Source: a bacterium
Lineage (GTDB): Bacteria > UBA8248
Direction of reading: 5' to 3'
Assembly: GCA_965221165.1 (NCBI GenBank)
Contig: CBDCRP010000003.1
Location: forward strand, 672,001-736,000
DNA length: 64,000 nt
The notes under the pieces were generated by a model, which searched no databases, was not told the DNA's origin, and saw only the letters and a list, made by a program, of their open reading frames with translations. This document shows positions 57,590 to 64,000 of the stretch, piece after piece (within the stretch, counting starts at the first letter, position 1; each line of letters opens with the position of its first letter). The translations under genes were made by a program, and so were the position numbers.

Positions 57590-59326
57590 ATGTATTCCAG
57601 AAAACCTACACCTACGGGAGAACATTTCAAGATGCGAGGCCACCTGAGAGGACTGACGAACTACGGCGATCCGGGCTTCAGCGTTTTCGCAAGAGGCGCT
57701 TACGTGCGGGGCTTCGGCCTGACGAAAGAGGATTTGGAAAAACCCATCGTCGGCATCGCCCAGACCTGGAGCGAACTCAATCCGTGCCATCGCCACTTAA
57801 GGGAAATCGCCGAGGCCGTCAAACGCGGCGTCTGGCAGACGGGAGGACTGCCGCTGGAGTTTCCCACCATCTCTTTGGGGGAAATGTACTTAAACCCCAC
57901 GGCCATGTTCTTCAGGAATCTCCTCTCGATGGACACCGAGGAGATGATAAAGGGCCAGCCCATGGACGGCGTGGTGCTCCTCGGCGGCTGCGACAAGACC
58001 CTGCCTGCGCAGCTCATGGGCGCGGCGAGCGCAGGCATTCCCGCCATCTGCGTGACGGCGGGGCCGATGATCGGCGGACGCTTCGAGGACAAGGTGCTGG
58101 GCGCGTGTTCGGATTGTCGCGGAACGTGGGCCGAATACAGGGCGGGCAATTACGATGATGAGCGGCTCGAGGAGGTTCAGGGTTCGCTCTTCCCCTCCAC
58201 GGGCACCTGCATGGTGATGGGCACGGCCAGCACCATGGCGTCTCTCACCGAGGCGATGGGCATGATGCTCCCGGGCCTTGCGGCGGTTCCGGCGGTGAAC
58301 TCGCAACGCATCCGCCTGGCGGAGCAAAGCGGGCGGCGCATCACCGACCTGATCGAAAAAAACATAACGCCCGATAAGATCATCACACGAAAAGCATTCG
58401 AGAACGCCATTCGCGTGCTCATGGCCGTCGGCGGCTCGACGAACGCCGTCGTTCACCTGCCGGCCATCGCCGGACGCCTGGGTCTGGACCTCCCGCTCTC
58501 CCTATTCGATGAAATTTCCAGAACCACGCCCATGCTCGGCAACATCCGGCCATCGGGGGATAAATACCTGATGGAGGACCTGGCTGCCGCGGGCGGAATC
58601 CCGGTGGTGATGAAAGAACTGGAACCCCTGCTTCACGGGGACTGCCTGACGGTGACGGGAGAGACCGTGACGCAAAACCTCAGACAAGTCCAAAGGGCGC
58701 AGGATTGGCAGGACGTCATCTACACGCGGGAAAACCCAATTTCGGAAGAAGGCGGCCTCGTCATCGTCAAAGGCACGCTTGCGCCCGACGGCGCGGTCAT
58801 CAAGATTTCGGCGGCCACCTCCGATTTGTTGACGCACACGGGCCCGGCGGTCGTCTTCTCATCGCAGCAGGACCTGATCGAACGAATCGACGACCCCGAC
58901 CTCCCCGCGACGGCGGAGAGCGTTTTCGTCCTTCAGAACACCGGGCCCATCGGCGCGCCCGGCTTCCCGGAGGCCGGCTCCCTGCCCCTCCCCAAGAAGC
59001 TGCTCGAAGCGGGCGTGCGCGACGTCGTCCGCGTCTCGGACGCGCGAATGAGCGGAACGGCGTCCGGAACCATCGTGCTGCACGTGGCGCCGGAAGCGGC
59101 CGCGGGAGGCCCCCTCGCCCTGGTTCAAGACGGGGACATGATCACCCTGGACGTTCCCAACCGAAAGCTCGACCTGAACATGCCGGAGGAAGAACTGGAG
59201 CGCCGCCGCGCCGCCTGGGAGCCTGTGCCGCCCCATTACGACAGGGGCTACGGCAGGCTGTTCATCGAAAACGTGCTCCAGGCGCCCGATGGCTGTGATT
59301 TCGGTTTCCTGCAAAAAGTGGAGTAA
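57590..59326 (+). CDS. IlvD/Edd family dehydratase (sugar-acid dehydratase type)
   Basis: LNPCH, PTAMFFRNL, GGCDKT, CMVMGTASTM, SDARMSGT. Confidence 0.9.
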   Translation: MYSRKPTPTGEHFKMRGHLRGLTNYGDPGFSVFARGAYVRGFGLTKEDLEKPIVGIAQTWSELNPCHRHLREIAEAVKRGVWQTGGLPLEFPTISLGEMYLNPTAMFFRNLLSMDTEEMIKGQPMDGVVLLGGCDKTLPAQLMGAASAGIPAICVTAGPMIGGRFEDKVLGACSDCRGTWAEYRAGNYDDERLEEVQGSLFPSTGTCMVMGTASTMASLTEAMGMMLPGLAAVPAVNSQRIRLAEQSGRRITDLIEKNITPDKIITRKAFENAIRVLMAVGGSTNAVVHLPAIAGRLGLDLPLSLFDEISRTTPMLGNIRPSGDKYLMEDLAAAGGIPVVMKELEPLLHGDCLTVTGETVTQNLRQVQRAQDWQDVIYTRENPISEEGGLVIVKGTLAPDGAVIKISAATSDLLTHTGPAVVFSSQQDLIERIDDPDLPATAESVFVLQNTGPIGAPGFPEAGSLPLPKKLLEAGVRDVVRVSDARMSGTASGTIVLHVAPEAAAGGPLALVQDGDMITLDVPNRKLDLNMPEEELERRRAAWEPVPPHYDRGYGRLFIENVLQAPDGCDFGFLQKVE

Positions 59327-59331
59327 AGCCC

Positions 59332-60378
59332 TTGCGCCGCGTTCGCGTCGTCACACGCTTGCTGCCCTGCATCCGGGCCTTGCGCGGCAGGCCCGTCTCG
59401 CCTGCGACCCAAGAACGCCTGGCCCGCGCGGTGGATGAGGAGAAAATAGAACTCATCATCGAACCCGAAGCCGAAAAGCGCATGGCGGCGATGGAAGAGG
59501 CGGATTTTTTCTTTTGCGAAAACGACCCGCTTCCCGGTGATTTTTATGCGCGCGCGAAAAAACTGAAACTCATCCAGGCGGGCGGCTATTTCTTTGAAAA
59601 ACTACAAATCGAGCGCGCCACGGGGGCGGGAGTGCCCGTGATGACCTTCCCGATGCCGATCACCGATTCGGTGGCGGATCACGTCATCATGCTCCTGCTC
59701 GCGCTGGCGAGAAACTTTGAAGTTGGAGTGCGCGCCGCCCGCGAGGGTTCCGAAAACCCCCCATCTCCCCAAAGGGCCGACGGCAGCGCGTACAACTGGA
59801 CGCAAACGCAAGGCATCGCTCCCCTTCGCGGGGTGCGCCTGGGCGTCCTGGGGATGGGCGACATCGGACGCGGCGTGGCGTTGCGCGCCCGCGCGTTCGG
59901 GATGGAGATTATCTACTGGAACAGAACGCCGCTGCCCGAATCCGTGGACGAGGCGCTGGGCGCGCGCCCCGTGGGGCGGGAGGAGTTGTTCCGAAACGCG
60001 GACGCGCTGCTGGTCGGCGTGGGCTTGAATGAGGAGACGCGCGGCATCGTCGGCGAAGAGGAAATCAGGGCGCTCCCCAAAGGGGCATACATCCTCAACA
60101 TCGGGCGCGGGGCCCTGATCGATCAGGAAGCCATGTATCACGCGCTCGCGGACGGCCACCTCGGCGGAGCGGGGCTGGACGTGTTCGATCCCGAACCGTT
60201 TCCGGCTGAACACCCCCTGCTGCGCCTGCCCAACGTCATCCCCACGCCGCACTGCGCGGGCGGAGACGATGAGAACATCATCACCGAAATCGAGCTTTTC
60301 TTCGCGAACGTCCACCGCGCCCTTGCCGGCGAAGCGCCCTCAGGGGTCGTGAACGGCGTCGCCTGGCGGGGTTTGTAG
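59332..60378 (+). CDS. D-isomer-specific 2-hydroxyacid dehydrogenase
   Basis: GMGDIG, NIGRG, LDVF..EP, TPHCAG. Confidence 0.88.
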   Translation: MRRVRVVTRLLPCIRALRGRPVSPATQERLARAVDEEKIELIIEPEAEKRMAAMEEADFFFCENDPLPGDFYARAKKLKLIQAGGYFFEKLQIERATGAGVPVMTFPMPITDSVADHVIMLLLALARNFEVGVRAAREGSENPPSPQRADGSAYNWTQTQGIAPLRGVRLGVLGMGDIGRGVALRARAFGMEIIYWNRTPLPESVDEALGARPVGREELFRNADALLVGVGLNEETRGIVGEEEIRALPKGAYILNIGRGALIDQEAMYHALADGHLGGAGLDVFDPEPFPAEHPLLRLPNVIPTPHCAGGDDENIITEIELFFANVHRALAGEAPSGVVNGVAWRGL

Positions 60379-60381
60379 GCG

Positions 60382-61104
60382 ATGTGCGGGCGCTTCACCC
60401 TCACCAAACCCATTCCCTGGCTCGCGGAAATTCTGGGTGTCGGGAACCCCGAAAGCGTGGGCGAGGTTCCGCCGAGATACAACGTCTCACCGGGGACGGA
60501 CGTCCTCATCGTCCGATCCCGGGAGCGGGAGGCGCGCGAGTTGGGCATCACCCGCTGGGGCCTGGTGCCCTTCTGGGCGAAGGACCCCGATTTCGGGGCC
60601 AGAACGATCAACGCGCGCTCTGAAACAGCCGCCCAGAAACCCGCCTTCCGCGCCGCCTTTCGCTACAGGCGATGCCTCATCCCCGCGGATGGATTTTACG
60701 AATGGGCGGGGAGCGGGAGAAAAAAACAGCCCTGGTTCATTCACCTTCAAAACAGAAAACCCTTCGCGTTCGCGGGTCTGTGGGAGAGTTGGAGCGGGGC
60801 GGACGGGAGCGTTCTCGATACCTGCACGATCCTCACGACGGAAGCGAACGAGAAACTTGCCGAACTGCATCACAGAATGCCCGTCATCCTGCCCGAGGAT
60901 TCCTACGCGGAGTGGCTGGACCCGAGCGAGAACCGCGCGAAAGCCGTCCAGGAGCATCTACAGCCATATCCCTCAGACGCCTTTTCGTATTACCCCGTGA
61001 GCGAGCGTGTCAACAGCCCGAGAAACGATGACGCCGCCTGCCTAGAAAGACACGTAGAGCAAGAGAAGCCCCCACGGCTTCAGGGGTCGCTGTTCGGGGA
61101 TTGA
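60382..61104 (+). CDS. SOS response-associated peptidase (SRAP/YedK)
   Basis: MCGRF, RYNVSP, INARSE, DGFYEW, HHRMP. Confidence 0.93.
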   Translation: MCGRFTLTKPIPWLAEILGVGNPESVGEVPPRYNVSPGTDVLIVRSREREARELGITRWGLVPFWAKDPDFGARTINARSETAAQKPAFRAAFRYRRCLIPADGFYEWAGSGRKKQPWFIHLQNRKPFAFAGLWESWSGADGSVLDTCTILTTEANEKLAELHHRMPVILPEDSYAEWLDPSENRAKAVQEHLQPYPSDAFSYYPVSERVNSPRNDDAACLERHVEQEKPPRLQGSLFGD

Positions 61105-61223
61105 GGCTCCGGAACCCGTAGTGACACGGTTCCTCCCTCTTCGGTCGGAATCGACTCATCGGGGCTGTCCCACGGGCCCCTGTGCCCGCCCGCAGAACTG
61201 CGGCGCGCGCCGTCAAACCATGC

Positions 61224-61466
61224 GGGACGCATATATGCGTCCCCTACACCCATCTGTTCGGGTCATCACCCCTAGGGGCGGTTTGAAAGGAATATCCCTG
61301 GATTCGCAAGGCCATTCGCGTGAACGGCCCTACGTTCGTGAAGGGTGGGAAAACAAAAGGGCGGACACGCAGGTCCGCCCCTACGTCCAGATGCCGCAAC
61401 CTCCGTTTCCATCGCGGGGTGCGCGCGGCATGGGAAATCCGGGCGGACACATAGGTCCGCCCCTAC
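61224..61466. repeat. cluster of GTAG-type REP-like palindromes
   Basis: Hairpins ending in CCCTAC at 61224-61247, 61310-61333, 61359-61384 and 61441-61466; the last two are nearly identical. Confidence 0.75.
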
Positions 61467-61522
61467 GGAAGAATATTCATATTACGGGATGCCAGTGTTA
61501 TCAATCTCTTACAAGCTGAATC

Positions 61523-62716
61523 TCAAGAGATGGATGAGCCCTCCGGTTGCTCTTCTATCGGCGCATCCGTGGTGAGGCGCTTTTTCGCGGTGGGCGCGTA
61601 GCCGCCGCCCGCCATCGTGGAGGCGATTTCGAGAATCTCGCGCATCGCTTCGGGCATCCCCGAGGGATAGGCATCGTCGGGACACTTGCTGTTCGTCATG
61701 TAGGCGCACGGCTTGCACTCGATGCAGCGGATGACCTCCCCATCCCGCGCGGAGAACGCCTTGTTCGCATAGTCCGGGTCGGTGAGCATCGCGCGCCCCA
61801 CACCGACGAAATCAGCGCCTGCGTCGAGATAGTCCTGAATCCGCGCAGGCTCGAAGGCGGCCCCGTTCGCAACGAGAGGAACGTCCACCACCGCACACAG
61901 CCGCGCGAACGCGGGGTTGTACAAATCGGGCATGACGGGCAGCCCCACGCGCGCGTTTCTCGAACAATGGAGAATGTCGACCCCCGCCTCCACGAGCGCG
62001 GGCGCCAGAGCAAGCATATCCTCCACCGTGAATCCGTTCTCGAAGGGCTCCAGAAGACCCAGGCGATAGCTTATGACCATAGCGTCGCCCCCGCCCTCGC
62101 GCACCGCCTGCGCCACCTCGAGCGGAAAGCGCATGCGGTTTTCGAGCGAGCCGCCGTAGCCGTCCGTCCGCTGGTTCGAGGCCGGGGAGAAGAACTGCTG
62201 GCACAGATACCAGGTGGCCCCGTGAATCTCGAGCATCCGGCCCCCCGCCTCGCGCACCCGCCGCGCCGCGTCTCCGTAAGCCTTAACGGCGGTTTTGATA
62301 TCCGCCTCGCTCATTTCGCGCGGCACCTCGTCCTCGGTGGGGTGCGGGACGGGAGAAGGCCCCACGGGCTCCATGCCCGTGATGGCGCTGAGCGCCGTTC
62401 TGCCCGCGTGATAAATCTGGACCGCGAGCGGAGCGCCCGCTTCTTCCACCGCCTGAATCAACTCGCGAAGAGCGGGTACGTGCGCATCCTCATGCGTGCC
62501 GAGCTGGTTGGGAAACCCCTTCCCCTCCTGGTTGACGTAGGTCGCCTCGGTGAAGCACACCGCAGCGCCCCCTCTGGCGCGGGCGGTGTAGTGCGCGTGC
62601 GACCAGGCGGAGGGCGCGCCGTCTTCTTCGGCGCGCGAGGTCGTCATCGCGGACATCAGAATCCGGTGCTTCACCCTCTGGCCGCGCACTTCGATGGGAT
62701 CCGTAAATTTCGCCAT
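61523..62716 (-). CDS. NADH:flavin oxidoreductase (Old Yellow Enzyme family)
   Basis: QIYHAGR, EIHGA..YL.QQF, RTDGYGGSLENRMRF, C-terminal CIECKPC..C. Confidence 0.9.
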   Translation of the reverse strand: MAKFTDPIEVRGQRVKHRILMSAMTTSRAEEDGAPSAWSHAHYTARARGGAAVCFTEATYVNQEGKGFPNQLGTHEDAHVPALRELIQAVEEAGAPLAVQIYHAGRTALSAITGMEPVGPSPVPHPTEDEVPREMSEADIKTAVKAYGDAARRVREAGGRMLEIHGATWYLCQQFFSPASNQRTDGYGGSLENRMRFPLEVAQAVREGGGDAMVISYRLGLLEPFENGFTVEDMLALAPALVEAGVDILHCSRNARVGLPVMPDLYNPAFARLCAVVDVPLVANGAAFEPARIQDYLDAGADFVGVGRAMLTDPDYANKAFSARDGEVIRCIECKPCAYMTNSKCPDDAYPSGMPEAMREILEIASTMAGGGYAPTAKKRLTTDAPIEEQPEGSSIS

Positions 62717-62828
62717 GTAGAAAATACTCCCGAAAATCACCCTTGAGAATACCATCGCGGCGAGCACAGCCGCGCCCGCCGCGATGCGTTCTCCAATCAG
62801 GAAGCGGGGGCCACGCCCGCTCCCTCGT

Positions 62829-63623
62829 TTAATTTCGCGCCAGAAAATCCTCGATGTCCTTCAAGGATTCCTCAAAGCACTGGATGAGGAAGAAGTGGCT
62901 CGCCTCCTCGTAAATCTTGATCTCACAACCCGGTACGCGGTCGGCTATCTCACGCGAGGCGCTCGCCGCGCACAGCACGTCCTGCCCGCCCGCGAGCACC
63001 AGCGTCGGGCACTTGACTTCGTGCAAGCGGTCGAGCGCATCGTGCGTGAGGCAGGCATGGGTGGAATTGACGTAGCCGGGTATCGGGCGAGCCGGGTCCG
63101 CGAGTACCGTCTCGAAGGCGTCGAGTTGCTCCTGGTTTTCGTTGAAATAACGAGGCGGGAAGAAGAAAAGCGATTGATGCTTGGCCGCCGGGCCATAGCC
63201 CTGGGCCTTCACTACCTCGTTGATGTTGTAGAGGATTTGATAGCCGTAGCGATCCAGCTTGCCGAAAGAGGCGGTGATGAGCAGGCTCCGCACGCGGTCG
63301 GGATAGTCGAGCGCCATCATCTGGGCGATGGCTCCCCCCATCGAGCGGCCGATGACGTGCGCGGGCTCGGTGATGCCCACCGCATCCATGAGGCCGATGG
63401 TATCGGCCGCGAAATGGCTGGACGTGTAGGGATAATCGGGCGCGGAACTCCTGCCCGCTCCCCGGTTGTCGAAGGCCAGCACGCGGTAGTTCTTCTCCAG
63501 ACTCGCGATTTGCGGCTTCCACGCGCTGCAATCGCCCGCGAGACCATGGATGAGAACGACGGGCACGCCCTCCCCGTAATCCTCGTAATAAAGCTCTACA
63601 TCACCCACCTGAACCTTCGGCAT
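62829..63623 (-). CDS. alpha/beta hydrolase
   Basis: HGL, DNRGAGRS, GRSMGG, SH. Confidence 0.9.
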   Translation of the reverse strand: MPKVQVGDVELYYEDYGEGVPVVLIHGLAGDCSAWKPQIASLEKNYRVLAFDNRGAGRSSAPDYPYTSSHFAADTIGLMDAVGITEPAHVIGRSMGGAIAQMMALDYPDRVRSLLITASFGKLDRYGYQILYNINEVVKAQGYGPAAKHQSLFFFPPRYFNENQEQLDAFETVLADPARPIPGYVNSTHACLTHDALDRLHEVKCPTLVLAGGQDVLCAASASREIADRVPGCEIKIYEEASHFFLIQCFEESLKDIEDFLARN

Positions 63624-63728
63624 CTCGAAAACCCTCTTCTGTTAGAAGTCAAAAACTTACCCTTGGCCGCATTTTGTCGATCGAGCCTTCTTACAAGGCC
63701 GGGGAATACTCTTTCTCAACAACCGAAA

Positions 63729-64000
63729 TCAGTTCTTCTTGCCCTCGGCGCCCTCGGCCACCTTCTCCATGAATTCCTCGTTGTCGAACACCCAGCCGAG
63801 GCACCGCATGACGTTCTGCATCCCGAAGACGTGCAAGTCGGGCCCGTACATGCTCGCCACGCAGTCGGAGAGCATTACCACGCGGTAATCGTAGTTGAAG
63901 GCGGTGAAGGCCGTGTTCAGAACGCAGGTGTTCGTGTTGATGCCCATGAGGCAGATGTTTTTGGTGTTCAAGGAATCGAGGAGCATCTGGAGGTCCGTTC
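63729..64000 (-). CDS. isochorismatase/cysteine hydrolase family protein (partial)
   Basis: GINTNTCV..TA..A..DY..LSDC; 5' part lies outside the window. Confidence 0.85.
   Translation of the reverse strand, partial: TDLQMLLDSLNTKNICLMGINTNTCVLNTAFTAFNYDYRVVMLSDCVASMYGPDLHVFGMQNVMRCLGWVFDNEEFMEKVAEGAEGKKN

Noticed and set aside
57485-59326. Second true ilvD
   Set aside because: PTAMxxRNL and SDARMSGT motifs point to the sugar-acid dehydratase branch, so no symbol was assigned
61224-61466. Possible CRISPR array
   Set aside because: Repeats are non-identical with irregular spacing, no cas genes are present, and the GTAG palindromes fit REPs

Overview
Gene-dense bacterial chromosomal window with about 60 CDS, tRNA-Val(CAC) and tRNA-Asn(GTT), dominated by redox, sulfur and catabolic enzymes. 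The main signal missed by the ORF track is five genes whose reading frames continue through an in-frame UGA located exactly at the catalytic Cys, each followed by a hairpin whose loop begins 17-22 nt downstream (candidate bacterial SECIS). They are three DsbA/FrnE-like proteins, a DUF442/Blh-like sulfurtransferase and a TlpA-like redoxin that heads an operon with a cytochrome b and a Tat-exported molybdoenzyme. Other oddities: a protein carrying an archaeal/eukaryotic ribosomal eL13 (L13e)-like domain next to tRNA-Asn, a NUDIX-HpnC-HpnD triple fusion, a MetX-NIL fusion, three tandem acetamidase/formamidase paralogs, a palindromic operator upstream of a siroheme nitrite/sulfite reductase operon, and a GTAG-type REP cluster. 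All family calls come from motif recognition by eye, with no database search, and several start codons were re-picked from Shine-Dalgarno (SD) position.
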